A DNA stretch of 64,000 nucleotides, taken from assembly GCF_016433145.1 (NCBI RefSeq), contig NC_058131.1:447009416-447073415 (forward strand), written 5' to 3'. The notes under the pieces were generated by a model. It made no database searches, had not been told where the DNA came from, and saw nothing but the letters and a program-made list of their open reading frames with translations. This document shows positions 1 to 14,313 of this stretch, piece after piece. Within the stretch, counting starts at the first letter, position 1; each line of letters opens with the position of its first letter. This stretch comes from Gracilinanus agilis (lineage: Eukaryota). The position numbers and the translations under genes were made by a program.

Positions 1-721
1 TGGCTGGCAATTTGGAATCATGCTCAAAGGGCTATAAAAGAATGCCTTCCCTTTGATCCAGCCATATCATTGCTGGGTTTGTACCCCAAAGAGATCATAG
101 ATAAACAGACTTGTACGAAAATATTCATAGCAGCGCTTTTTGTGGTGGCAACAATTGGAAAAGGAGGGTATGTCCTTCAATTGGGGAATGGCTGAACAAA
201 CTGTGGTATATGCGGGTGATGGAATACTATTGTGCTAAAAGGAATAATAAACTGGAGAAGTTCCAGGTGAACTGGAGAGACCTCTGGGAACTGATGCAGA
301 GCGAAAGGAGCAGAGCCAGAAGAACTCTATACACAGAGACTGATATACTGTGGTAAAATTGAATGTAATGGACCTCTGTACCAGCAATACAATGACCCAG
401 GACAATTCTGAGGGATTTATGGTAAAGAAAGCTACCCACATTCAGAGGAAGGACTGCAGGAGAGGAAACATATAAGAAAAACAACTGCTTGAACGCATGG
501 GTCGGGGTGGACATGATTGAGGGTGTGGACTCGAAACTACCACACCAATGCAACTACCAACAATTTGGAAATTGGTCTTGATCAAGGACACATGACAAAA
601 CTAGTGGAAATGCGCATCGGCCATGGGTGGGTGGGGTGCGGGGGGAGGGTTGAATGGGAAAGGTGGAGCATGAATCATGTAACCATGTTAAAAATGAATA
701 TTAATAAATGTTAAAAAAAAA
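1..721 (+). mobile_element. LINE-1 3' end (ORF2 C-terminus and 3'UTR), cut by the window edge
   Basis: Peptide ...[29 protein letters not shown]...[22 protein letters not shown]; G-rich 3'UTR, AATAAA and A tail at about 703-721; near-identical to the 39699-40636 copy. Confidence 0.93.
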
Positions 722-779
722 TTGAGGACAGGGGAAAAAGTCATTTGATTTGTGGCCAAATCAACCATATCTAGATCCC

Positions 780-1540
780 ATCTCTAATATGTAATTTAGA
801 AAAAAGAATTTCAGTGGATTGGTAGGTAGGCTGAGAAGTCAGATTATGAGGAGTTCAGAAGTGAGTTGGTGGTGAAAAAGTTAAAGGCAGCATGTATAAA
901 TGGCCTATTTTAGGAGTCTGGGTAAGAAAGTGAGGTATATAGTTAAGAAAAAAGATTTCTATATCTACTTTTTTGGAGAAGGAACCAGAAAGAACTGAAG
1001 ATAAATAAAGAGGAAAGTGTGTTAGTAACTTGGAGAGAGGTATGAACTAATGAAATTGATCAGAATTTAAATGTGAGAAAGGAAAATTTGGCAAAATTTC
1101 AAGAAATTCAGGAAAATATGCGAAATAAGATTTAGGCCCAGAAATAGATATCCAGTTTCTATATGTGGGTTAAAAGAGGAAGAAAAAGAACACTGACAAC
1201 TAAAGAATACTTAGAAGGATTAAGGAAGATAAAGAAAGATTAGAAAGTATAATCTGAACAAAGAGAATCAGGGAAAAGAAAGGAGTTGATAAAGTAGGTG
1301 GAGGGTGAAGGAAAATTGATGAAGGGGATTGAAAGATGGGCTAGACTTATGAAACATATAGGAGACTGGTGCAAGGATGAAAGGGTGATGGGTGTTGTTA
1401 AGGCTGTGTGTTTGTGGAAACAATAGAAGGGAATTTGAGTAAGATAATTTCCTTATCCTAAACTGTTCTTTCTTTATTTTGTCTTTGCCATAACCTTCTT
1501 CCTCAGGTTGTACTTTGTAATTTTTCAACTGGTGGTTGTT
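780..1540 (-). mobile_element. Old L2-like LINE fragments
   Basis: Purine-rich degenerate sequence typical of antisense L2; boundaries approximate. Confidence 0.5.
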
Positions 1541-1544
1541 GTTC

Positions 1545-1770
1545 AGTAGTGTTCAGTAACAGTTCTTTGTAACCAAATTTGGTGTTTTCTTGGCCAGGAT
1601 ACTGGAACAGTTTACCATTTCCTTCTCCAGCTTATTTTATAGATGAGAAACTCAGGAAAACAGGGTTAAGTGACTTGCCCAGGGTTCACAAGCTATTAAG
1701 TGTCTGAGCCCAGATTTGAACTTAGATCCTCCTGACTCCAGGGCCAGCACTGTACCACTTAGTTGTCCTT
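1545..1770 (-). mobile_element. MIR/MAR1-type CORE-SINE
   Basis: CORE motif gttaagtgacttgcccagggt...gatttgaact on the plus strand, preceded by an RTE-like tail. Confidence 0.75.
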
Positions 1771-2229
1771 TATCTGCCTTAATTCTTTTATATCTTTTTT
1801 GTTAGTGACCCTGATTCATCTTTAACTCAGATTAAAAAACAACAACAACAACAACAAAAACTACTAACCTAATATATCTAGGTTGATATACCCTCTGGAG
1901 GAGAAAATGAAAAAACTCTTGGACAAGAAAGTGAAGACCATAGGGCTAAGATTGTGTTTTTCTCACTGCTACCAAGGCAAGGTATGGGATAATGAAATAG
2001 ATTAATTAATTTGGGAAGTGAATGGTAGGCTAAGAAAGTAGTATCTAAGAGTGAGATTTGGATTTCTGGCTCACAATATACCAAAAAAAAAAAAATTGAT
2101 AGATTCTTAGAAAGATAGAATACATCTATTGATGATAAGACTGTATTTGTCAGAAGTCTTGAAAATCTGATCAAAATGGCTTTTAATCAAAAAGGATTGG
2201 GGGCGGGGGGTACAAGAGACAAGAAGGAC

Positions 2230-3620
2230 TGCCCATATATATCTCAAAGTTAGATGCCACTAAGACCAACTATATAAAGGGAAGGAGAATAGCAGCTGAT
2301 GCCCAGAAATTTATGGTACACAAAAACCAAGAAGGAAGGCAATACTAAAACCCACAGTGAAAAAAATATCCAAAGCTTAAACCATAAGAAAGAGAAATTC
2401 AAGGTACTAACATAAAGGGGACATATTTGACATTATCACTGGACTATGGATTCAGGTGAGTATATCTTATTATATTTTTGTATCTTATTCAAAATAAACA
2501 GAACAAGTAAAAGGAGGGAGAGAATAGCACTGATTAATCAGAAGTTATACTCATGTGAGGACATTCAGGAACCAGATAAGATAATATGATGGAGAATATA
2601 TGCCAAAGGAGGGAGAAATAGTGGTGATTTTGTCTTTGAAGTTTACTGACAACATGTACAGAAAGAAGTAATATATGAGGAGTCCAAGTAATATCAGCAG
2701 CTGAGGACAGATACGGAGGTTCAAAGTAAGAGCAGCTTCCTTTTTTTTTTTTTTTTTTTTTTGTAAGGGCTAAGAAATGGGGGTTAAGTGGCTTGCCCAG
2801 GGTCACATAGCTAGGAAGTGTCTGAGGCCAGATTTGAACCTAGGACCTCCCATCTCTAGGCCTGGCTCTCAATCCACTGAGACCCCAGCTGCCCTCCAGA
2901 ACAGCTTCTTAACTTGTCTTATTAATAAAACTTCTTTCTCCAAAAGGTGTGAGAAAGGTAAACTTCAATTCTAGATAACATTCTCACAAGGAGAAACCAG
3001 TTATTTTGGTGGAAATGGAGGTTAAATGACTACTCTATCCTGCCATCTATGATAGAAATAAAGATGAGATCTTGGCAGTTTGTCATACAGTTTAGATTTT
3101 GAGAAAGCAGATTTCAAAACGATCAGAAGAAAGGTACTCTGCAAAGAATGACTTTTACACTGAAAATTCAGAACAATCAAGAACTAATATGGAGTTGATA
3201 GCCAAGAAAAGGAAAACAAGAGAACAATGGGGAAGGAGGAAGAGAAGTCTATAGAATATAGGTCATATGTAATGTGTTCAACTAACTGTCAGCAAAAGAC
3301 GGAGAAAGACAAATGTCCTGATCTTCAAAGAACTGAAGAGAACAGAGTTCGCATACTATGAGCCAGTGAGTTTTACTTTGATTTCTAGGAAAATTCTCAA
3401 AAAACGAAGCTGTGACTACAAAGAATCAGCAGGGTTTTATCAAAAACAGGTCATACCCAGTAATAAAATATGCTACACAGTCTTCTCCTGAGAGAGACTA
3501 AGGTTGCAGAAATATTTTTTGGACATTGTCAAAGTAGGAAAATTTTTTGGCTTGATTATGCATATTTGTTAGTGGGAATCGTGTGCATAAAAGAAAAGTT
3601 ATTTATCGACATAAAAGCAA
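2230..3620 (+). mobile_element. CR1/L3 LINE remnant, interrupted by a SINE
   Basis: ttagattttgagaaagcagatttcaaa (LDFEKADFK, resembling the CR1 LDFRKADF motif) near 3090; highly degraded; edges approximate. Confidence 0.55.
2741..2897 (-). mobile_element. Young marsupial tRNA-derived SINE (SINE1_Mdo-like), internally shortened
   Basis: Poly-T followed by the reverse complement of the SINE body; imperfect TSD aga(g/a)cagcttc. Confidence 0.88.
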
Positions 3621-4852
3621 GGGACAGACAAAAGGTAAATAAAGAGCACTGCACTGGGAATCAGGAGACATAAATTTAGTTCCTGATCCTTAAGTAATTT
3701 TAATTTGTAATATTTGAATTGGGGAAGTTCCTTAACCATCCTAAGACCTCAGTTTTTTTATCTGTAAAATGAAAGAGTAGCACTACAGAACTCTAAAGAA
3801 TCTTTTGAGATCTAACATTCCATGATCCAAGGTAAATCTCTTTGGATAGTGTGATATTGGAAATTTGGAGGTCCTTGAACTATTTTTGAGGTCCCTGACC
3901 TTTCAAAGTACATTTCCCATGATTCCTGGCTTACATAATGATGTAGGTGGTTACGTAATAACATGGACCAGAGATTAAAAATGAGTGGCTGGGCTTGCAC
4001 TGTCTCTTTTCGGGGTTAAGCAACATGGTGACAGAGGTAATGGCGGGTCTTTTAAAATGACTCTTAATATGTCATGTGGTTTCATTTTCTAATGGCTGCC
4101 AATAAATCCTTTAAAACCCTAATATTTTTAAATCTATCCTTTTATATCCAATTTATTTCTTACATTAACTAAGTAATAATGCTTAAATATTTTCCTAACA
4201 CTATACCTCCCTACAGGTATCTAGGAAGATGATTTGAACTGAAGCATTCCATGGAAATACTGCTATTTGAGAAAACAGAAGGAAAATGGAGGAACATACT
4301 CAACTCCCATTCTGAAACTTCAATTATAACACTGGAGTAATAGGTGATTGTGTTAAAACACATATACTACTGACAAATATTTTTTACTATTTATGGGAAG
4401 TATTTAATTTACGATTAAATGTTATTATGAGCTGAGCCTGACCCTCAGGCCAAGCTCCTGATAGTTTAGGTCTGATACTGGATTGACAAGAGATACTCAT
4501 AGTCATTCAAGATTCAGCCATCATAGACGAAAAACATTCAACAAGAATATTTAATGAAGGTATGCCCAACTGATTCATCTGAGCATAGCTTCTTAGTATT
4601 AGTTTCATGTTCAGAAGACTCAGTGAGGGACCCAGAGCTCTCTGTAACTTTTTGTCTTTCAAAAGAAGAAGAAATCATGTCAACTGAAGCAAATCATATC
4701 TTAAAGAATTTCAATACCTAATAAGGAAAAGAAGTAGTTTAATCTGCATGGGTCATGGCCTTGGGAAAAACTACCTCAGCCTACATTGGCAGTTCCTCTT
4801 AAAGAAATATTGCCCCTATTACAAATGCTTTGAAATATGATACAGATGTTAC

Positions 4853-5061
4853 CTGAATATTCTTTGGCAAGATTTCACCTTCTATTCCAGGAATATGAGG
4901 TCCTGTATGAGGTTTTGGCTCAAGCCAGAAAGAAACCAGCCAACGAATGACTATAACACGGGCCTTGAGGAAAGGCTCTTTTGTGCAATAGATTGCTTCA
5001 TTGGTTTCAACATCCTTCTTTATCATTATATAATGTGGCTTTGGTCTCATCTGTGGAATAT
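4853..5061 (-). CDS. RALGAPA1: RALGAPA1 exon 9 (209 nt): (D)[69 protein letters not shown]
   Basis: Acceptor ttttgaatag, donor CAG|GTAACA; cumulative CDS 1011 nt. I did not find the next exon within 1-4852, so the gene runs off the window. Confidence 0.97.
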
Positions 5062-6000
5062 CTATTCAAAAGAAATTTAAAAAATTAAAGTACAAAAGGA
5101 CCTTAGTACAAAGGAGCCTAAACATCCACATGTCTGTGACAGTATAATTTTAGAGCTACTTCAACTGGACTTAGTGAGTACTTCAGCATACATATAGAAA
5201 CCTATCCATTTGCAGAATGATTCCAATTTCAAGTACAAAGAATTGTTTAGAGCAATGTTAAATCCAAGTGTCAACGCATACCAAAAAAAGGGGTAACAGC
5301 AACAGAAGTGACAATTTAGCTAGATTTGTACTAAATGAACAAAATTTAAAGAATAGTTGGAAGTATTTATGAGTTGTTTCATCGAAACTATAATTCCTAC
5401 TTATCCAATTTAGCTAATATCAAAACTAATAGTTCAAATGGTTTTTAACAGTTCTAAACAGCATACCAAACTTAGGGGGACTAGAAGTTAAAAAATCAAA
5501 AAACAGGATGTCACAAGAATGGACAACTTTCAACAACTGTTCATGTGTGAATAATCCATTAGATGCAGTCAAATGCAAAACCACAAATCTAATTTAAGTG
5601 ATCTCAGACTTTCAAATGCTTCCAGTTCATGTCCTTTGGAACTTAAGATTTTATTTATAATCACAAATAAATCAAGAAGTTTCAGTCTCCTTATTTGTAA
5701 ACTAAGTGGGGGAAGTGTACTAGATAACCTCTAGTCACTTTCAACTCTAAATCTATATTATTTTATTTTCAAGTTGAAAGTGGCCATAGACAGTTAAAAA
5801 CCCTCTGTGACAATTTCATCACTAATAAAGATAAGTTAGTCAAGATATTAAAACTGTCTGTTACAAATCAAAGCATCCTCTCTATCAATTATTTCTTTAC
5901 ATAAACATTTGCATTTCCATGAGTTTTCTGAAAGTAATACCTAATTTTCCATTGTGTGATCTGATAAGACAGATTTTAGGAAACTCTAAAGTGTGCCTAC

Positions 6001-6139
6001 CAAGTACAGGATGATATAAGCTGTTCTCCTTGCAGATGTTTGGAAAAATATAAGGCAAGTAGTATTTTTTAAAATGTGAAAACAAGAATGAAAATCCCTT
6101 TTCCTGGTTTTCTTTGTTCTTCCATTCCAAGCTCTTTAC
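6001..6139 (-). CDS. RALGAPA1: RALGAPA1 exon 8 (139 nt): [46 protein letters not shown]+G
   Basis: Poly-T plus aaag acceptor, donor GTAGGC; overlaps ORF-track entry 5897..6211. Confidence 0.97.
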
Positions 6140-6639
6140 CTTTAAAAAAAAAAAAAGAGCATCTAAATGAAATTTTAATACATGTATATGAATATCTGAT
6201 ACAATCATCAAATGGTCTAAATCACTTTTCCTGAAAATTAGACAATTTTAAGTTTTGATCTGAAAAAATTTTCAAGGAAAAATAGACAACTAAATATGAT
6301 TAAACTGTTTCTAATATTACTACTAAATATGGAATTGCAATGAACAAATCTTTGTCATCTCTTAAATGTAAGAAAAAGAATTATCTGAGAGATAAAATAT
6401 TTTGAGTTGAAATCTATTTTTATATTTTTTAATGGGTAAAGAAAATATGACCAAATGAACCAATTGAAAAGGTTGAAAATGTTTAGTGGCCATCAAACAT
6501 TTATTTAAGCCCCACATTAGAAGAAATTTCATTTAGATAAATTTAAATTGTTAAAGCATTCATAAAATTCCTTAAACTTTACACAAAGCATGGCTCATCT
6601 ATCAATTTCTGTCAGCAGTGCTACTATATACTTTATTGT

Positions 6640-7780
6640 ATCACAGACTAGAAGTGTTTATAGGTAGCAGGGAAGTGACTAGTGGAGAGAGAATGAAGTG
6701 GTGACAGTCTTTGATATGATATCAAGGGTATATGAAGAGGAACATGTCTTGGCAAGAAAAAGGGCCACTTCTGACAGGAGGAGGAGTAGTGAAGGGAGGT
6801 GGAAAGGTAGGGTAGAAATACATGTGAAGGAGGGAGAGGAGAGCTGGAACTAGGGAAGACAGGTTGCTCTTTGGCTTGGAGGTTCATTATCACAGGGACA
6901 GGGAAAGTAAAAGACAATGAGAGGATGCTAAACATGGGAGAATGAGTTTAGGCAGCCAGGCTGCATAGCAGTGAAATTTGTTTAAAAAGCCAGGTTATTA
7001 GAAGTCTCAAGGTTGATCCTTCTGTTTCAGTGAAGCCATTAATGAGGTCCCAGGCCAGTGCAAGCAGGCAGTCACCTAGACTAGTACTATCCCTCATCTC
7101 CTGCCTAACCTGCCTTCGCTACTCTCCAAATTAGTCTCCCTGTCTCAAATCTCTTCTCACTCCTATCCATCCTCCAGAGTTGTCAGATTTATTTTCCATT
7201 AGTGAAAATATCATCTGCCCCTTTCAACAAACTCTAGCAATTACCTCTTGAATCAAATATAAATTCCTCTGGTTCATATTTATACATCAGCATTTTTCAA
7301 AAGGCAAATATAGGCATAACTCAGCCTCCTTCTATCTTTCTAGTGCTCTTACATATTACTCTGCTCCATACATTCTACAACAGAAGCCACATAGTCCTTC
7401 TTGTTGTTATTCCCCACATATGATGTTCTATCTTCCATTTTCATGCCTTTGAACTGACTGTTCCCCAGCTAGAATACTCTCCCTCCTCAACTTCACCTCT
7501 TTAAATTCCAGGTTTCCTTCAGGACTCAACACAAAAAAAACACTCTACAAGAAGTCATTTCCAGTACCCTTAGCTAGAGGTACCCTGTACCCTCTCCTCT
7601 GAGGTTATCTTCTACTTATTCTGTATTTTCCTTGCATATAATTACTTACAAACATGTTGTGATCCTCTTTATAAAACAAGCTCCTTGAAAAGGGCAAGGG
7701 TTAAATTTGCTCTTTACTTATATCTCTAATGCTTAATACAGCAGCTAATCTAGTTAAGTGATTAATATATGCATTTTTGA
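6640..7780. mobile_element. L2 fragments
   Basis: L2 3' end signature (gtttataggtagcagg near 6655; tctaatgcttaatacagcag near 7725); degraded. Confidence 0.55.
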
Positions 7781-7938
7781 GTTCCTTTCTGTCTGTTTAT
7801 TTTTGAAATTTCATTTTCTTGTCTTATATAAGTAGCATAGTAGAATAGAACTATGCCAAATAACAGCAAGGAAGATAAACATTCTTGCTTTACCTTTATC
7901 TTAATGGAAAGGGCTTGTATTTGTTAAGAATAAATGTT

Positions 7939-8114
7939 GGGGCAGCTGGGTAGCTCAGTGGATTGAGAGCCAAGCCTAGAGACAGGAGGTCCTAGGTTCA
8001 AATCCGACCTCAGACACTTCCCAGCTGTGTGACCCTGGGCAGGTCACTTGACCCCCATTGCCCACCCTTACCACTCTTCCACCTATAAGTCAATACACAG
8101 AAGCTAAGGGTTTA

Positions 8115-8143
<29 letters not shown>
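7939..8143 (+). mobile_element. Young SINE1_Mdo-like SINE
   Basis: ggggcagctgggtagctcagtgg head, B box ggttcaaatcc, long A tail, TSD aagaataaatgtt. Confidence 0.93.
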
Positions 8144-8145
<2 letters not shown>

Positions 8146-8189
8146 GAATAAATGTTAACTGAGTTTCTGATATAATTTACTATATTAAG

Positions 8190-9480
8190 GAAGTAATGGG
8201 CTTTGCAATATTTTTAATGTAAATTAAGTATATTTTCTATTTTGTTAAAGGCTTTTTCTGCATGAATTAAAATATTATAATCATGTTTAAAATTGTTTTT
8301 ATTAGTATACTTTTAGTTTTTCTAACAGAACCAATCTATTTTTTGTAATAATGAATATGACAATCATGATTTAAAAAAATATTATTGTAATCTGTTTGCA
8401 ACTATTAACTAATTATATGCATTAATATTCCTTAGTATATTCGCCTGTAATTTTCTCACTCTGTTATTCCTTTCCCTGGTTTATGAATCTGTTAATTTTT
8501 TTATAAATGTTTGATAAACTTTGCTTAGAAATTCATCTGGAGCAATAGGTTGTTTTGTTTTTTTTTGTGGTGGTAGTGGAGGGATGTACTGCTTATTTAG
8601 TTTTTTTCTGAGACAGGATTATTTACATTTCCTGTTTCATGTTTTGTTCACCTGAGTATTTTTCTATTTTCATTAATATTCAGTCATTTTTTTAAACTTT
8701 CAGTTTTGTTGGCATATAATTGGGAATAACAGTATGTGGTGATTTCCTTTCCCTTTATTTGTTCTGAATCCATTCCTTTTACTTTTTATTTTAGTGATTT
8801 GATTTTCTTCTCTTTTTAAAATCAAATAAATTAATGGAGTATTTATCAGCTTTTTAAAGAGCTGTTTTATGATCTCACTTCAGTAGTTTTTTGCTTTGAA
8901 TTGTATTTCTTCTTTGGTTTTCAGAATTCCTATTTTTGTGTTTATATTTTGTGTTTTGCTAACTTGCCATTTTCTATGTTTTTAACTGCATGTTCAACTA
9001 ATTGACCTCTTTTTCTTTAAGTGGAGAAATACTTTTCTCTAAAAATTGATTTAGTTCCATTCCCCAAAGTTCTCATATATTCTCATCATTTTTAAACATT
9101 ATATTTGTTTCTGTAATTTGCTGCTTAATTCAATCATTCTTCAGAATGGACACATTAGAATTTAGAATCCTAGTTTCCACAAAAGCATAAATCCTGTGTT
9201 CAGATTTCAATAACTGGTTAAAACTATTAGTGCAATGTGAACTATAAAGAATATATTTAGTCAATGTCTGCAAAGGTACCATTTGAAGTTGAAAAATAAT
9301 CTGATACTTTTTGTGACTCAAAAATTGCCAATGGTATAATTTTTCTAATATTTTCTTCAAATTGTTGATCTCTTTTTTGTACTTTTTCTGTGATGTTTGT
9401 CTAGATTCTGATAGGTTCAACTAGATCTAGATTTGAAGGTATAGGCATGATAAATTCCCAACTACTACCAGTTTTTATCT
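8190..9480 (-). mobile_element. Old L1 ORF2 remnant (same orientation as RALGAPA1)
   Basis: T-rich strand with endonuclease-region reverse-complement motifs (agaatggacacattag, aaagcataaatcc); degraded. Confidence 0.6.
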
Positions 9481-11935
9481 AGTTCTTCCTAAAGATTGGT
9501 TAGCTTCTACTTTAAGCATTTAGGGACCATACCATTGAGAGTATATTTTTATTATTTACTTTTATTATTTTGTGACATCAAAACTAATCAAAGCAGTGAC
9601 TTCAAAAGACTATTAATACCTATAAGTTACTGTGTTGGTTTACCTAATTACACATGTTTTACACTAAAGACTTTTTTCTATGTATGTAGGTATTAGTGGG
9701 TAGTGATAAATATGAAAAAAAATCAGACCATCAAAAAATATTTTTTAAATACACAGAAGAAAACATAAGTACAGAAGGGGACACAAAAATAGATCCATTT
9801 TGTTATTACACTGTTAGATTTTTAAATATTAATTTAAACTATATAACAGCTTAGTTTCTTAAAGAAATCTTTCTTGCGTTTGATACATTTGTAATTTTGA
9901 TTAATTTCATGATAAAAAATGTTAGAAACTGATCATTTCACTGTATATATCTCTAAGCATAATGCAGTTTCCTTACTTTTCTTAACTAGCTTTTACAGAT
10001 CTTTTTTCTGAGCTCATGACTGTCACTATACTTTTTTGGATTCAATAAGGTCACAATAGATTCTACTCCAACTCTTCATTTTAAGACTATATAACAACTT
10101 ATAAGAAACACACTTAAAAAAGCAAATTGCTGAGTTTTGCTTTTTTTTTGTCTATTCTGCCACCTTCTTGTAGTAAATAAAGTTCATCCCATTAACACTC
10201 ACTGTTATAATTGATTGTTCTGTTTCATTCAATTATATCCTACTATAATATTCTTCCCTTTACTTCCTCCTGACATCTAATTTAAGTGGAAAAAGGAAAA
10301 GGAGAAGGAGGAAGTGAAGTTAGCATTTGTTATATACAGTCTGAATACTCTAATCTCAGTCCTCTTCCTCTCACTCTCTTTGCCAAGACCAGATCCTTCT
10401 ACATATCATTAGGACTTAGTGGGCTTTGTATCTTTCCTCTTTTATAAAAAATCGGTTCTCCTTAGCTGAATCTCATTTTGCTTATGACTATTATCTCCCC
10501 AAATCAGCCCCCTCCTCACTTAATACTCTCAGCCTTATATTCTTTTGTTCTTCCTCCTTCCATTACATGGTTAAAGTAAGGTTGATGAAAACCCCACTTC
10601 CTCCTCCCATCAACTTCATGGATGTGAATGACCTTCTGGAACCCTAATTTTTAAAATAGTAAATTGTTCTCTCCTCTCTCTTTCATCTCTAGTTCACTTC
10701 TCAATTCCTTATACTCTGCCTTCTGTCCTATCTACTCTACTAAAAATGCTTTCTACATTTATCAATGCACTCTAATTTAACTTTTTTCTTTCTTTTATGA
10801 ACTTGGAAAAAATCAACAATTATGAATTATTTTCACTTATAGACAGAAAAAAAAGAAAAATAGTGCTATATATAAAAATCCAGAGATCTGTTATATGTAG
10901 CTTGTTTATTAATTATACAAGAAAAACAACACCTTAATTCCAAAGCTGTCTTCTTATATCTTTGAACTTCCTGCTTTCTTCCTTCCTTCTTCTTTGTTGT
11001 ATTTTTGTAATAGTTTCATTAAAACTTTTTCTTTCTTTTTTTGGCATCATTATCACTAGCCTATATTTTCCCCCTACCTGTTCTTCCCCCCTCCATCCCA
11101 AAAAACACCTTATAACAAATAAACATAATCAGTGAAACAAGTCAACACGAATCTCTAAAAAGAAGTGGGAAGCACTGATCAGAATTTTTAAAGTTATTCT
11201 AAGTTGCTTTCCTTTGAAATGTTAGTCATTGTGTGAATTGTTCTCCTGGTTCTGGTCATTTCATCACTCAATCATAAAACTCCTCCCTCCCTAGGTCTCT
11301 CTAAATCTGTCCCTTTCATCATTACATACATAACAATGATATTCCCATTAGATTTATATCACTTCTCACCTGGACTACTGCAATAGCTTTGAAAGGATTT
11401 CTTTGCTCATCCAGTTTCTCTCCTCTTCAAATTATTCTCTATACACCAGCCAAAATATGCTTTTTAGCATACAAGACTGATCTTATTACAACCCTACCCC
11501 CAAAAGCCTTTAGTAGCTACCTACTGTCAATAGGATAAAATAGAAATACCTCAACTTGACACATAAAATGCCCCACACTTTGATTTCAAGGTATCCTTCC
11601 TGTCTTATTTCATATTACTCCCACCAAATGGACTACAAGCTTTTTCCCTTACACTTGGCATTTCATCTCTTACCACAAACTTTCACACTCTCTCTTTCAC
11701 TCCTCCCTCTATCTTTACTTCTTAAGAATCTTTATTCTTCAAGACTTGGCTCAGATGTCACTTTCTCCAAGAAACTTTCTTTGCTCGCTTTCTCTCTCTC
11801 CCCCTCCCCACTCCCTCTGCTCTCAGTTGATACGCTGTCATTCCACACATTATCTTGCAGAATTATTTTAAGAAAAAATGTACCTACACAAGACAATAAA
11901 AAAATAAAATTAAGGTTTAAAAAGATTAAATGTAC

Positions 11936-12051
11936 CTGAATAACCATATATTTCAAAAGTGCTTCTAGAAAATAGCTTGTGAGGTCATCTTGTCCTTTAT
12001 CTCCTGACTGTGGAGGGACAAGAGGAGTGATTTCTTCTATAGTCACTTGGG
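11936..12051 (-). CDS. RALGAPA1: RALGAPA1 exon 7 (116 nt): (T)[38 protein letters not shown]
   Basis: Poly-T tract plus ggatag acceptor, donor CAG|GTACAT; overlaps ORF-track entry 11732..12046. Confidence 0.97.
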
Positions 12052-12499
12052 CTATCCAAAAAAAAAAAGAGGAGTTTAGTAGTAATCAAATAATTTTTCA
12101 TGATAGATGATATAAAAAAATTTTACTTCCAAAACAAGTGTTCAATGTATAGAAGAAGCTTCCAAATCATTTGCTATCCTAAAAATATGACTCAACTCTA
12201 AACAAATTTGAGACAGTAGTATTCTTAGGACCTTACCGATTTTAAATATTTCTTCAAGAAAGAAAATCAAAATAACTGGTTCTGGATACATTCCTTTATA
12301 ATAATTAGCCAATATAGAATGGTGGAAAGAACTTGGACTTAAGATATAGAAGACTCATGCTTAGGTCTCAATTTTGACTCTTAATAGTAGTGCTGGGCAG
12401 AGGGGTGGAGCTTGTGAAAAATGTCCTCGGGCACCATGGAGATGGGGAATGGAACAATCCAGCCTCCTCCCAGGCTTTGCCAACACAGCTCTAGGTGAA

Positions 12500-12722
12500 T
12501 AGTTCTTAAATTTTTTGGTTCTCAGAAACCCTTTTACATTCTTAAAAAAGTTATTTAGGGTCCCACAATGAGCTCTTGTTCATATGGGTTATATCTATCT
12601 ATGCTTACCATATTAGAAATTAAAATATATTAATATTATTATGGAAAGATTTTATACCTTGAGGGCCCCCTGAGAGGGTCTCCCTCTGAATCCTCTATGA
12701 AACTCTGGGGATTCAGAGACTA
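12500..12722. mobile_element. hAT-Charlie MITE (Charlie4-like) remnant
   Basis: Shares ttctcaaa...cccaaagagcttttgtttatatgggttatatctat with 16470-16665; family name recalled from memory. Confidence 0.55.
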
Positions 12723-14313
12723 CATACAATACTAATTATGGTTATCCAAGTAACACTACAAAGGAAACCAAGAAATTTTAGTCATAGTGACTAAGTCTCA
12801 CTAAATTTGTTACTTCAATGAGGGAAATTATGAAATGTTATCAGAGACCTTTAAGTTTTCATAAAATATAGTATTTATATGAATGGTCTAATCCAACTAG
12901 GTCTTCAAAACTTAATAACACTAAATAACTTCTAAAAAATTTGAAAGATTCAAAGAAGTGCTAACAGTTCTTAAGTCTTAAGAGACATAACCAGTGTCAT
13001 ATTTTTCGGGGGATATAAACCAGTTAAGAGTTAGCCATGACAACATGAAGAAAAATGTCCATTAATTTTTAGAGGAAAAAAAGTTACCTAACCAAAACTC
13101 TGAAAGTTAGATAGATAAGAGTTTTTATTAATTCATTAATCAAATAATTATAATTAATAATTATATTTTAACATTTATTATAATTATATGTGATCATAAT
13201 TAAATAATAATAATAAATAATAATTGTTTATTAATCCAAGAATGGATGACTATTAAGAAACTGCATTTTGAACCAGCATCAACTTCAGTTAAATGCTGTA
13301 AAGGAAGGAGTCTCCTCGTGAGAAAGAATAACAAAATCTGGACTAAATTTTTTTAAGATTAAAAATCACACTCATTCAAGATGAGACTATTATAAAATGT
13401 TCACGTATGTTCTACTTCCCATTACTAGCCAAAGTTAGAAAACTGAAATTGATACCTCTGCTGAATAGAATTAATGCTGACTGAAGTGGTTATATTTTTC
13501 CTTATCTCTTACAAAGCAGATTTAAAATGCTCTAACAGGATAACCTAGAGACTAAACTTTATCACCTACCTCTAAAGAGTTACATATGGCATTTATAAAG
13601 AATTCATTTTATTTATATATCACTTGAATAGACTGGAACTTAACAACTACAAATTCCAATCTTAAACACATTCAGTTTTACATTACAATGTCTTTGTGAG
13701 GCATAGAAAGATAGTTGGAAAAGGAAATTTCAGATAATCTGGCAAAAGTTATTGTGATCCTTGTGAAAAAAAGCATATTGCAGAATAATATGGCATTTTA
13801 ATTAAATGCATTTTTGTTCCATCTTTTAACAATTTTATACCACAAATGTACTCTGATTTTTAAGTCATACACACATACATGTGAAAAAATTTAAACATAA
13901 GCCAAATAAAAAGTAGGAGAAGTAACTTATCTAATAAAAAAATTACCCAATTATGGGTTTTTCTAAAATGAAAGGGAAAAAGGTATTAAAAGGAAATCAT
14001 AGAGAGAAATTTAAAATATGAAGTCACTAACAACTGATCAACTAAATAAATCAAAAACAAAAACAAAGCATTTATGTAAATATGAGAATAAAACATAAAA
14101 TGCCTGATTTAACAAAAAAACCAATTTATATTTCCTTTTCTATAACACACACTTTCCATAAAGCAAAAATTTCTTTGTACACATCCAAATGAGTAAAAAG
14201 ATGAGTGTAAAAAATGGAAATCACAGAGCTGTTAAATTGGATTTGGAATGCTTACTAAATTTTAAAATACAACCCAAAAGAAAATGCTGCATATTAACAT
14301 CCTCTAGTCTTAC

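Noticed and set aside
13130-13235. Very AT-rich, partly self-complementary stretch
   Set aside because: Low-complexity A/T sequence; apparent hairpins are expected by chance.
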